This document shows, in pieces, positions 23,991-36,896 of a stretch of 64,000 nt of DNA (positions are counted from its first letter, which is position 1; every line of letters starts with the position of its first letter). The position numbers and the translations under genes are program-made. The notes under the pieces are model-generated. The model was not told where the DNA came from and ran no database searches. It saw nothing but the letters and a program-made list of their open reading frames with translations. The DNA is from Octopus bimaculoides (lineage: Eukaryota), in assembly GCF_001194135.2 (NCBI RefSeq), contig NC_068985.1, forward strand, positions 32,082,865 to 32,146,864, given 5' to 3'.

Positions 23991-25384
23991 ATATATATGT
24001 AAATAAAGAAAATCAAAAAATCTCTTTAGAATTTGGGATATTTCTGGAAGACATTTTTAATGGCATTTCTGAAATATCAATCAAGATATTAACCTTCACT
24101 AAAGTAGAGAAATTGAAAGAGAGTGTTCATTCACGTGTATCTAGAATTACAAAGAAAATGGTATCAGAAATGCCAGAACAATAATAACAATGAACTTACT
24201 GAGTAATTTATTTAGATTATATTTCAAAATATTGAAATATTTTCACTATATTTTCAATACAAGTGTGTAAAATATAAAGGCCAGGATTTATATAAACAAT
24301 TATGTTAGACATGCTAATTAAATTCCATTTTCAGTGAAATTGTAGAAAAAAGAAGTTTAATTCTTTATAGTAGCTCATAATGTAAGTTAAAATGTATATA
24401 GTAACTAGCTCTGAAGGTCAAATATTTTATTTTTTCCTTTTTGACAACACAACAAAAATAATTTCTTTGAAGAGCCAACATAATTTATGCTTAGATGAAA
24501 TCTAGAGTAAATGCATAGCAGTTCTTCACAGGCTAATTCTATAAGTCCATCAGTCTTAATAGTTCCTGAAGGGAAGAATCAATATAAACAACTCGTTATT
24601 TCAATTCCTACCCATTGAAGAGATAATCTTATTAAGACCATAACCTAATCAAAAATACAGAATTGTTGCTCACATTTTTGAAATGTGAAAACTGAAAGCT
24701 GAGAAAAAGGTCTGAAGTTGGGCATAAAGCCTAAAAATCTAAAAGCAATCTCATTCAGAGATAGAGAAAACCCAAATCAAAAATATGAAACTAGTGAAAT
24801 TTAGTATTGTGTAAATAAGTCAACAAGTAGGTGAATGAGACTTGAAGTAGTATACTTGGCAAGTTGACAAATAATTCCAATTTATTTATTAGTGCATCAG
24901 CTGATAATGCAGAAAAACTACCAAACATAAGTACGATTTTTACCTTTTTTAGAAAGGAAACCTTATTTCTACAAGGACACAAATGCAAGGGAACAATGAC
25001 TAGATAATGTCAGAAAGATATTTGAGAGAATATATTTTAGAAAATAAGAAGACATTCAGTTGATCTAGGAGAACCCAAACCTACCTCGAAAAAAGCAACA
25101 AATGATAATTCATTTCAAACAAATAAAATTAAATGAACTAAAATTGTCCTCATTTCTTTCTCAAGGCCAGATGAAGAATAAGTTCAGCACTGAGTGTCCA
25201 GTGGCTACAGTAATGACCCAAGCTAGTCAATGGTACTCATTTAAAGCTATGTGAATTGACTTTTGAGAGTAAAGTGATTTCATTAGATACACAGGACTGA
25301 ACTGGAGATGAAATATTTGTTGACGTTTTGGGTCTACTTATACAGCAGCAATTTCTTTCTTATTAAAATTGCTGCTTATTTAAA

Positions 25385-25545
25385 ATATTGTGAGAAAGAG
25401 AGGGGTGGGCAGAATGAGTACACCATGTCCCTACATGTTGTAAGAGGTGACTTAAATGATTGGTAACAGGAAGACATCCAGCTGTGAAACAATGTCTCAG
25501 AAAGCCTGTCCAATCCATACTAGCATGCAAAAGCAGATGTAAAAC
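25385..25545 (+). mobile_element. Retroelement 3' tail fragment
   Basis: GGTAACAGGAAGACATCCAGCTGTGAAAC...CCAATCCATACTAGCATGCAAAAGCAGATGTAAAACAATG matches the common tail. Confidence 0.55.
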
Positions 25546-26254
25546 AATGAATACTCTCTCTCTCTCTCTCTCTTTCAAAGAGGCTTAGTTTATGCTTTAG
25601 AGTTACAGAATAGTTTTAACTAAATATTTCTTGGACCCTATTTTGAAAACTAAATAATTTGGAAAATGTGATATGAGAACTGCTTTCATTGTAAACTAAA
25701 GGGAGGCATTTTGTCTGATCCACAAACCTTCATGGAATTCTTCAAACAAAAGTATCACAGAGGAAATTCTTTCAATTTTACACAGCATGAGCTCTTTTGA
25801 ATCTGATGGTTCTGTCTTATTTCTAAACTAGGGCCAGTACTGGACATGCTTTCCTATTGATCAAAGACAATCACACTTTTAAAGTCTTCAGTAAACAAAT
25901 GAAAAAACAATCCAGCATTCTTCTAATCAAAAACATTAATCTTATTTGTCTTCTCCAACTTTGCCCTATAAAAGGATAAGTAAGGGCTATGAAGTAAAAG
26001 TATGGTAACATGCTAAATTACAAAGTAAATGTGCTCCTCAAAACATAAGGAAATCCAGAGTTACTTTAGACTACAGCAAGCATATCAATGTAATGTGATA
26101 CTATATAGTTAATAAGGTGAGTGCCAGACAGTAAAATATTATAGAAAATGAAAGTTTTCAACTTATTTCTGAAATGCTACTGAAAGTTCATGCTACAGCC
26201 AACATAGAAACAATTTGAAATTACAAATTCTAAAGAAAAGGATTTTCTTTTATT

Positions 26255-26436
26255 CTTTTATTTGTTTCAATCATTTGACTGCAACCATGCAGGAGCACCA
26301 CCTTGGAGGGTTTCAGTCAAACAAATTGACCCCAAGACATTTTTCTTTAAGCTTAGTCTCTTTTGCTGGACCACTAAGTTATAGGGACATAAACACCAAC
26401 ACTGGTTGTCAAGTGGTGATGGGGGGACAAACAAAG

Positions 26437-26485
<49 letters not shown>

Positions 26486-26640
26486 ACAGGCTTCTTTCAG
26501 TTTCTGTCTACCAAATCCACTCACAAGGCTTTGGTAGGCCTGAGGCTATAGAAGACATTTGCCCAAGGTGCCATGCACCAGGACTGAACCCGGAACCATA
26601 TGATAGGGAAGCAAGCTTCTCCTACAGCCATGCCTGTGAC
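26255..26640 (-). mobile_element. Near full-length tRNA-derived SINE with internal (TA)n(TG)n microsatellite
   Basis: Minus strand: head GCATGGCTGTAGGAGAAGCTTGCTTCCC...GGTTCAGTCCTGGTGCATGGCACCTTGGGCAA (B-box-like), core, microsatellite, tail ...GACTGAAACAAATAAAAGAATAAAAG. Confidence 0.8.
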
Positions 26641-29600
26641 TTGTTTGCAAGAACAAGAAATCCTAGAAAAAAAAGGCAACAAAATCAACTGGTGTGAGTA
26701 GGTGTGAAAACTTTATCATCGTCAATTTTCAGATTTTTTACTGTCATTTAAAAAATGCATATTTTGCGAATTAAAAAAAACTAGATCCGAAAAATACATC
26801 ACCATATGTATACATGTTACATTAGCATTGATTAAACAGATCTGTAATACAGTTGAACTCTAAATACAACATAGATAAAATATACTAGTTTTCATGATAC
26901 ATGAAGGATGAGTGGGCTTAACTATACTATTTCGTTTGAAGTTTAGGCAGGTGAGTTAACATTAATTTTACTAATGGTACAAATTGAGAGAATTTATGAT
27001 ACTAGAACTTTATGTGCACATGCAATGTGTAAACAACTGCATGTGCATTCATTTTTTTTTTTTTCATATACATAATGTCTGTTTTTCCATTCTAACATGT
27101 GTTTGATGGGAATTTATTTGAGGTAGGATTTTATGGTTGTATACTCTGATTTTCAAGTAAAGGATTTTTTATTCTACAGGTCTTTGAAAGCACAGAGCAA
27201 CTGGTCACAATGTCAATATTTCAATTAACTAATGACACGTGATGCTGTGAAACATCAATATCCATGCACATATGCCCATGCACACATGCATGTTCATACA
27301 TATCAATACACACACACAGAGGACAGGCTTCCATATAGTTTTGCTCTACCAAATTCACTTACTAGATATTGGGACTGAACCTGAAGCCACATAGTTGCAA
27401 ACTTCATCACACATACATGCTTGCATCTTGTATACATACACATATATATACTTGTAGTGGCAAGTATTTCTTAAGAAGGCAGTACTAAGTTAAAACTCCT
27501 TCCAACAAGTGTAGCTTGAAGAGCAATAAGCTTTACTTTTTCAATACACTACATTTAAGATGTAATCCCCAGTGGTGCTCCTACTACCAAAATTATGGGC
27601 CATGGGATTCCCTACATGAATTAGGTTAAGAGAGAAAGGGGGAGAGTGGGGATGCATAGATATATGTGTGTATCATTACAGATACAGAGTTATACACATA
27701 TTCATTTTTTTTTTTTTTTTACAGTAAATGTGAAAGTGGAGGTCAACAAATAGGACAGCAACACTAATTTGAATCTTACGAAGTATTCATTTAATTATTA
27801 ATATTTTTCATTTCTGCATTTAAAATATATATACAAATAATTTTGATCCGTTCATAATTTCAATGATGAATTAATATATGACATAGGAGAGATTATCCTA
27901 ATATCTTGCACTTAAAGAAAGTGATGAATACTGGAAAAAGGTGACGATCCAGTGAAATAATGAAGCTGTTTACTAACAAGTGTTCCCAAATCTTGGCAAA
28001 AAGCAACATTAAACAAATAGTAATTAACTGATAATTTAAAAGACCTAAGAAGTTTCATTTTGAAAACAGAACAAGTAGAAATGAACAAATTTAAATACAA
28101 GAGCCATATTAAAAAAATGAATGCTATGTTGCCTTTGAGGTTTCACACCATTTTGTAAAACTATTTAGACAATTTGTTGAACTTCTCAGCTACAAAAGCT
28201 AAGTGATGAATATGAGAACAGAATTGAGAATGGTACTGAAAATAGAGTAAGAAGCAGATGTGTCAGTTGATAGCATCAATAGCCATTTCTAATGAGAAGT
28301 AGAAGGGAAAAGTTTTCACCAAAATCATTGAAAATATACTTAGCAAAATGTCAAACCATATATTTACTAACTATAGCTCTTTATCATGTGAAAAAATTCT
28401 TTTCATGTTCTTAATGTTTGCTCATACAGCCTGCAGCCAGACAAAACACAGAAAATGTTTTCCAAATGTAAGGGTATTATTTGAAGGGAACCCATATATG
28501 AATAGCACCTGTGGTGTGTTGAACAGTTTCATGAAGTTAGATGATGGTACAGACAAAAACAGGAAAAGAAAGAAACGTTTTTTTTTTTTTATATACTAAT
28601 AACCTGCACTAAAATTTGAATATCTTCTCTGGTAGTTAATCATCTTATGCAATTAAGACAAAGTTTGCCTTTGAAGAAAGACGTCATGCATTTACTGTAT
28701 GATGTCAAACCTTCTCAGCAACTTAAAAAATGACATTTTGTTATTTTATATAGTCATTTGCTAAGAAGATGATGGTATTTAAGAGACTAATAAAATGAGT
28801 TTGTGTTTTAAATGATCTGAAAAGGAGATGTAGTTGGGTGCACTGTATATGTAGCCTCTACTCTTAATGTCAAAAGGGTGTCTAAGCAAACAATGGTAAA
28901 TCAACGAGAGCAGAGAATGGAGAACCTAAAAAAAAAAAAGGTCCTTTATTTTGTTTATTTTATTACAGTGATGAGATATCCTTTTTTCATGTTTTTTGTG
29001 TAAATCAATAAACTCTGTAAATTTGAAATTTTGCAGTGTGTCAAAAGCTGACAAGATAAGTTTCAGAAGGAAAATACAGATTCAAACACAAATGCAATAA
29101 AACTAATCAACAATGCATATAATTATTTCTAAGACAGTATTTTCTGACTCCCTTCCTTCATTTTAAAGAAATCTATCTTTACTTGTTGAACTTCATCATT
29201 TTGCTAAAGCATACCTATAGAACTGATTGATAACTTTTGTAATAAGTAAAATTCATTTACGTTTTTCAGGAAACTTTACGTACAAATATTTTTGTCAGCT
29301 TCATAAACAAAATTACAACAGTAAATTCAAATTTATTTTTGACCAGTTATTAATTTTCAAATATCCATCATAGTTTTGAATTCTATCAAGAACACTGCAG
29401 CATATTTTTGTCAAATATCAAAAAGAAAATTACTAACAAATTGAGTGATTTCATTCAAATTAATGACTATTTTCTTCAGAAAGCTCTATTAAAAAGCCAT
29501 CCAATATCTAGGTGATTATTAACTTTTGATAAACATTAAAATGCCACAAAGATAATTTTTAAAGACAAAATATAAAAAGCAAACTTTATAGTGTAACATT

Positions 29601-29664
29601 TTTAATCAAAAGTAGTAGAAATAATAGAGATGTTAAAACTGATATAAGCTAATGATTAATATCA

Positions 29665-29874
<210 letters not shown>

Positions 29875-30819
29875 TCAACCAAATAAGAAATTAAGAATGA
29901 TTTTATTGTTATTTTGTTTTCAAAGAACATACAGAAATTTATGAATTTTTAATTCAAATATTTGACAAAAACACATCATTTTAAAACTTAATATATTTTA
30001 GAACCTACCAAGAACAAAATTAAGCTGTTAGTTTCAAGAAACATATCAAAACATCAAAGGATGATGCCAGGATCAATGATTTTTAAGCATTTTTGAATGA
30101 AACACATTGAAATCATAATTAAAACCAAGTGCTAAAATAAATTGCTAAAATAAACAATTGTTTTAAAACAAAAGACATTGATTTCATCCATTAATCTAAA
30201 ATAGCTATGACATCATATGCAAGATGCTTGGTAGTATTTTGATGACATGTATTTTAATTTTGCCATGGGTATAGTGAAAAAGAACAAAGCTTTGGATTAA
30301 AATATCTACTTAAGAAAGAGGTGTAATTCTCATCATCTTATTCAGTAGTGAGCTAGCGTGTGCCACCCTTGAGTTTGCTGCCCTAGCTCCATTCCCACCT
30401 CATATACAAGATTATACAGCAGACCAAAAATGCCATCCCATAAAAGCATTACCCAAGGCAGATCATTTCCAATGTTCCCCCAACCCCACCTAGCTATGCC
30501 TCTGATCTTAGTTAATGAGCATTTAGATTTTTCTCCTTTTATGAACCCCTTTGATTCCTATTTCACTCAGATGGACCCTCATAGTCATTCAATGTTTAAA
30601 AAATCCTATCATACTTTTATAATTAAATATTATGAATTGTATAACAAAAATTATAAAAATATTTTTTGTGTTGTAGAAGTATAGCCAATTTAATGTACAT
30701 AAATTTTAACAATAAAACCTTATATGGACCCTAGTTGAGAAACACTGATTTATATTTTCAAATTTGATACTTTTGCATAATCATTTTTAAAAGACCATAT
30801 TTATCAACACACACACAAA

Positions 30820-31340
30820 TTTCCCTAATTAGAAGTAAAGGGGGGTTACAGCAAAAAGATAGCAACCAGAATAAGGAAAGAGTGGAAAAAGTTCAGAGAG
30901 CCACTGTCTCTACTGGCAACAAAGGATTACTTCTCTCCTAATGAAGTGTTGATTGTATAATGCCTATGTGTGAAGAACAATATTGCAAGGTTAGAGACAG
31001 TGGCATTAAATGTAGATGTGTGAAAGCTCGAAAGAAATGAAGCAAACAATGACAGAATACAGAAGTGAGCTGAGAGAAAATATGGATGTTTAAGGAAATA
31101 AGCCATGGTATGGAAAAGAGAAAACTGTACTAGTACAAATATGTTGCATATGAAGGATGAAAGGTGGGTGAAGGAAAGTCAAGTGATCCAAATAGAAGGA
31201 ATCAGTGGAAGAAGATGTGAAGAAGTACTGGAGGCTGAACTCTGGATGTTGTATCTCACAGGAAAAGATGACAAGTAACCTCAATAAATGGTGAAAAACT
31301 GCACTGGAGGAGAACCATTCAGCCAAAGCTGGTATGAAAA
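30820..31340 (+). mobile_element. RTE ORF2 C-terminal fragment
   Basis: EWKKFREPLSLLATK, then WYGKEK / HMKDERWVK and GISGRRCEE-type end-of-ORF remnants. Confidence 0.65.
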
Positions 31341-33178
31341 AACATGCAAAATGAAGATTACTATAACTACCAATATCTGAAAAAAAATTTGTGTGAATAT
31401 TGTAATCAATATTCCATTTTACTGGCTTCACTTTTCAAATAACCTGTTGCAATTCCTGCAATTATCTAATCCCAAAGTAAAACAGTAGAATCCAAGGAAA
31501 CAAGTGATGGTCCATGTCAACAGATAGATCATTTCACAAAGTTGATTGAGTTAGTTTACTGTGAAAAAAGTCTGGCATTTTGGGCAGGATGCTTTATGGT
31601 ACGAGTTAGAAATTCCTAGCAATATTAAAATATACAGAAGTATGTACACAGCTCCATATATAATTTAATATTGAAAATAATTTTAGTGTTTCAGTTTAAT
31701 TCAAGCCTCACTTCATACACCCACTCCACAATAATTATTGAGGACTTTATCCTCTATGGTATAGTCAGAAGTAAGAAAGTGAAAGATATATAATGTCCAT
31801 TAATTGAATTCATTTTTTGGAGAGTTTATTTTGCTCTGGAAAATTCTTTGAAAGAAATTTTTGTTGAAAAATGAGTACAATACTAGTGCTTTAATTATTG
31901 AATACTTTATCATTATTATGATGCTAGTGCATGCTAATTTAGTTAGATATTTTATCTTGATGTTTGGTGACAAGTTTCCTCAAATCTCAAGAATTTTCCT
32001 TACAATTCTTGTAGGCTACAGAATGGGACTTTTCTGCAGGTTAACAATGCAAGAAGAAAATAAAAGTATAAATTATAAAATTAAGAAAATAAATTGTACT
32101 CAGTGATGCACTGCTACATCTTCCAATCTTCAGAGCATAACTACATTCCCAAAATAACCACTATTGCACATAAAAATATCAACCAATCTGTATGTATATT
32201 TAGTCACTTTAGTTGCCAACAGCCTGACCAATCAACAGGTTATTTGGTTATCAGTTACCAGCAGTACTATGAGCGACTAAACAGGCAACCCTAATAAGCC
32301 CAAATTTTTCGTTTTCCACCTCAATTTTTTCTTTTTTTTTGCATATAGAATTCAAATTCACAAAAATTTTCTGAAAACTCAAAAAAATAAAAAAGTTATG
32401 AGGGGATTATATGTCGTGCACAATTCTGTGGTTTCATATCAAAACACAAGTGCATAGGGCCAGTGCCCCAGCATTTCAGGTTCTAAGGGTTAATATCTCT
32501 ATTATGTATTGAATGTTATGGCTGGCCTTGGCTAAAAAACACAAAACACTAACTGGAAAATTCAATGATAGAATGAAGTTATGTGTCAGTATCTGTGATA
32601 AGATCTCTGAACACCTGCTACAAAAGGCACCTATCATTGCCATGTCTGTGCAAAAGATTGTGTAGGTCATTAGAAGAACTCAGACACTCGCATCTATGCT
32701 GCTTGGAAACAATCAAACAATAGCATTGCTCAAAGTCAAGTTGCAGTGATCATGCATGGATATTTACCCACTTGCTCACCAATATATTAACAATTTTTAA
32801 ACTTCTCTCAGAAGATGGTGACAAATGTAGTTGAAAACTCAGTCTCCCCTTCTTTTGCTTAGAAGAGGAAATGTAATATATTTTCTTCACTGATAAAACT
32901 CAAATTGTGTTCAATTTGAAATTGGTTTACCCATAAAGCGCTGGGATTTGCACTGACATACATGGACTGCTGAGCACATTTTATGAAAATGAGACTAGCA
33001 TGCACACATAGAAAACAAAAAATAGTTAAAATATCTTCTTAGTATATAATGGTGGCAAGTTTTACATCATCTGAAAATTCATTAGTTGAACTATTTGTCC
33101 TCTTGCATTCTGGGGAGTATCAGAGCATTTGAGTGACATTAGACCCTAACAAACGCCCAAAAATAAAATGCATCTATC

Positions 33179-33232
33179 TGGGTCACAATCATGGCCTGTC
33201 AACATGTGCCTGATGGCCATGATTGTGACCCA
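33179..33232. other. Perfect 18-bp inverted repeat with 18-nt loop
   Basis: TGGGTCACAATCATGGCC (33179-33196) / GGCCATGATTGTGACCCA (33215-33232). Confidence 0.9.
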
Positions 33233-33666
33233 TTGAGCTTTATGTGTTAATGCATACATGTGTCTATCTGTCTGTCTCTGCATTTATACATATATATTCA
33301 AAGTCAACCCTTTTGATATCAATTTGACTGAGATCACTGGTTCTATGATACAAAGCTACACATGAGACCACCTCCAAAAAAAGTACTGTGACTTTGTCAA
33401 CATTGAGAAAACTCATTTGAAAAATTCTGAAGAATTATAGCTATTCTACACAAATGATTTCCACTTCTGACATATACTCTCTTTTCCCTACACAAATGAT
33501 TTCTGCCTCTGAAATGTGTACTTTTCTCCAAGCATACAAATACAAGCTGACTAATGAAATGAAAGTCACACATCAAAAATAGTTCTGGCTTCAATGCACA
33601 GTATTCACAAGGTCTAATGAAATGTGATTGATATACTGTTACTGAATATATATATATATATATATA

Positions 33667-33905
33667 NNNNNNNNNNNNNNNNNNNNNNNNNNNNNNNNNN
33701 NNNNNNNNNNNNNNNNNNNNNNNNNNNNNNNNNNNNNNNNNNNNNNNNNNNNNNNNNNNNNNNNNNNNNNNNNNNNNNNNNNNNNNNNNNNNNNNNNNNN
33801 NNNNNNNNNNNNNNNNNNNNNNNNNNNNNNNNNNNNNNNNNNNNNNNNNNNNNNNNNNNNNNNNNNNNNNNNNNNNNNNNNNNNNNNNNNNNNNNNNNNN
33901 NNNNN
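33667..33905. other. Assembly gap (N) next to (TA)n
   Basis: Run of N preceded by (TA)n and followed by a SINE-tail end (ACTGAAACAAGTAAAAG). Confidence 1.
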
Positions 33906-34897
33906 ACTGAAACAAGTAAAAGGTGAAAAGAAGAAAAGATAAAAGAAAATTATAAGAGTGGGTGTATATTGTCCACTTTTACCAGCAGAGCTCTAAAGAA
34001 ATGGCACCGCTATTTTTTTTACCTGTCTGTCACTCTCTTTCTCTCTCTCTAAAAGAACACACACACACGCACACACATGTATATTCATTCAAGTTTCAGA
34101 TATACCTATTTTTCTAACTTCTCTGTTCAGATATACAAATTTCTTTCACATAAGCAGAGACAATCAGACAGTGAAGCCATATGCACACAGGCACAAATTC
34201 ACAGTGAAATGAAAATCATTGACATACCAACAAAAAGACAACCACACAACACCTTGTCTTGCATTCCTGTAATATAGCATTGGAATTTCAGCAAAAACAC
34301 TGACACCATTCAGCATTTGTAAATTCATTTCACTATTATTTACTGATATTCACACATCATTTGTACTTCTATGTCACTATAACTTACCGATATTCTGTAT
34401 CAAAAACATTTCTCATTCCCTTAAGCTATTCTTCTATATGGTATACCTACTTTCCTTGCATTACTGTAACATAGTGTTTGAATTTCATTCCACTATTACT
34501 TACTGATATTTATTATCAAAAAAAAATGTCTCATAAAAAAAGACAGTCACAAAACAAACACCAAACAAATGCATGACGTGTATCAGAAAACGACGATGAG
34601 ACACGCACATGGCTTGCAAATCAGAGACAGAGAAAGAAACCTCGACGTGCATCTGAAACCGAACATGAACAAAATTCTAGATAAATAAAATAACACATAC
34701 AACTCATTATTGTCATATCATAAACAAACACAAGTTCATGTATGATATTGATCTTTCTTCTACTTCAATTATTAAATAGTTTTCTCTTCTAAAAATGCCC
34801 ACATACAGATGTAAATTACCCATATAATAATACATTCAATGTGGCTCCCAATAAACAGTAAAAGTAATTACCCAATCAACAATGGGTTTTACTGCTA

Positions 34898-34937
<40 letters not shown>
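34898..34937. repeat. (TA)n microsatellite
   Basis: Direct reading. Confidence 0.95.
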
Positions 34938-34941
<4 letters not shown>

Positions 34942-35079
34942 ACTGAATAACAATACATTTAGTAATAAAAAAAAAACTGTATGTAGTATAGGTGCAGGAG
35001 TAGCTACCAGTAAATAAATTCTTTTGAATGTTCAGCAGGCTCCAGATAAGTAGTAGATAGTTGCTAGTACCTAGGTGAC

Positions 35080-35610
35080 CTAATTAGCAGTGGAAGAGGT
35101 GTCTGAAAGCATAGTAGTCAGAGTAATAACAAGACCAAAAAAGTTCAGAGAGCTATTACTTCTGACTGGCAACAAAGGACTCTTTTTCTAAGTCTAGGGT
35201 TGAATTTACTATGTTCATGTTCAAAGTGCAATGTTGCATGACAGAAAAACATGAACCAAGGCTGCATGAAGGTTGAAAAGAAATGAAGCAAGCATCTTCA
35301 ACAGAATGTGTAATCTTAGTGAGCAAGAACATCATAGCATAAATAAGCTGAGAAAAACTGTGTAAGAATGTACAAGAGGGAAGAGTCAGCTGGTACAGAC
35401 ATGTGATGCATTTGGAAAATGACAGTTGGGAACAGAAATGTCAAGAGATCCAAATAGAAAGAGCCTGTGGAAGAGGAAAAGTAAGAAAGACAAGGAGGAA
35501 GATGAACCTCATGATGGAGATGATAAACTGCAACAAGTGTGAAAATGTTATGTTGGAGAAAAACTGTCCAACCCATGCAAACACAGAAAAACAAATGTAA
35601 AATGATGATG
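35080..35610 (+). mobile_element. RTE ORF2 C-terminal fragment with (GAT)n tail
   Basis: KKFRELLLLTGNKG, GTDM*CIWK / RACGRGKVRKT, tail AACCCATGCAAACACAGAAAAACAAATGTAAAATGATGATGATG. Confidence 0.7.
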
Positions 35611-36818
35611 ATGAAGACAATAAATGTAACAGTTAAATAAACAAACACAAAGAAAATAAGGTTATGAAATCCTGCTTAAGAACATTTTCATTTAAAAGCT
35701 TTATCTTGAAACTATGAAAAAAATATAGTTCATGGTATTATTCATTAATTCCAACTCACAGAGATAGTGAACAGTTTAATAGCAGCAGGAATAATAATGC
35801 TTCAAATACCATGATGAATCTTAGTTAAAACAAATTAATTTACAACGTCCAAATAATAACAATAGTTGCTACTGAATAACTAAAATACATGTCAAGTATT
35901 TCAAAAGAAAGAAGAAAGTGAGGAAACAAAAGTCCTCTTAGAATAAACTTTATGGGTAATGTAAGTATAAAAAATTTTTTTTTAATGGTTGTGGATATGC
36001 AAAAATACCTAATGATACATTCTTAACAGAATAGGACAAATCACTATTATTGTTTTTATTTTATTTAAGGAAGTGATATTGCTATAAAATATTTCCGAGA
36101 AAAATTTAGTTTAAAAAGTACCTTCAACATGGAAATAAACTATAGAAAAACACATAGAAAATCATTCAGACTACTCATCTGAATAATAACACAGAATACA
36201 ACCACAGTCATACAAATACCAAAAGCTTTAATAATCAATAAATGGATGATGGTACAAATTAAGATATCTAGTCTTGAGAGAAAAGTGCTAAAATAGAACT
36301 GTTGCATTTGAAAAACCTAGTAAAAGGATCATCATCATCATTAACAACTAGAATTTAGTCCCAAATACTGCCAATACAGAGAAAGAAAACAAGTAGCAAA
36401 AATACTGTGCAAATGGCTGGCATTAGTGTTTGAAACATAGCTGCTATAATGGTAGCTGTCCTCAATTGGAAGCAGTAGTAGTCATTAGTCAGGCTTGCAC
36501 CATCTTAGATAACACTAAGCAAATCTTCAACCAGCAACTGCACAACATTTTAGGTACAAAAGTATGGATACCAGTTTCTTCTTCCCATTTTTCACTTAAA
36601 TGTTCCAAATGAGAATAATTATTAACAAATTAAATAATTATTGTTGACATGATATAAATTAAATAATGATTGTTATTAAAAAATCTTATTTTAAAACTCA
36701 ATTACTAATTAAATACAATCCCTAACTCCTATCATGATCCTATTTCAAATAAAGCAGATTGAGTTCAAGTGGCCCCATAAAAGTTACCTTAGATATGTAT
36801 GCTTGTTTGTATGTACAT

Positions 36819-36896
36819 ATGAATGAATGAATGAATGAATGAATGAATGAAAAGCGTGTGTATGTGTGTGCGTACACACACACACACACACACACA
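36819..36896. repeat. (GAAT)n followed by (TG)/(AC)n microsatellites
   Basis: Direct reading. Confidence 0.9.

Noticed and set aside
27170-27240. Plus-strand acceptor-like sites (also near 46598) suggesting an antisense gene
   Set aside because: No matching donors, coherent ORF or homology; common by chance in AT-rich DNA.
32490-32760. Possible C2H2-like LINE C-terminus (YHCHVC..KRLCRSLEELRHSH) and a lone AAGGG|TTAA piggyBac-like end at about 32488
   Set aside because: It needs a frameshift to assemble and no partner TIR was found; too weak to call.
33445-33525. 42-bp tandem duplication reading GEK...KSF on the minus strand, like a C2H2 zinc-finger array
   Set aside because: The period is 42 rather than 84 nt, there is no CxxC/HxxxH, and there is an in-frame stop.
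33397-33926. Long ORFs 33397..33915 and 33624..33926
   Set aside because: Artefacts of translating through N-runs and (TA)n.
34015-34060. Minus-strand donor CAG|GTAAAA after a (GA)n tract as an alternative GSK3 exon end
   Set aside because: The frame needed to join exon 2 has TGA three codons upstream, and exon 2 has no in-frame Met.
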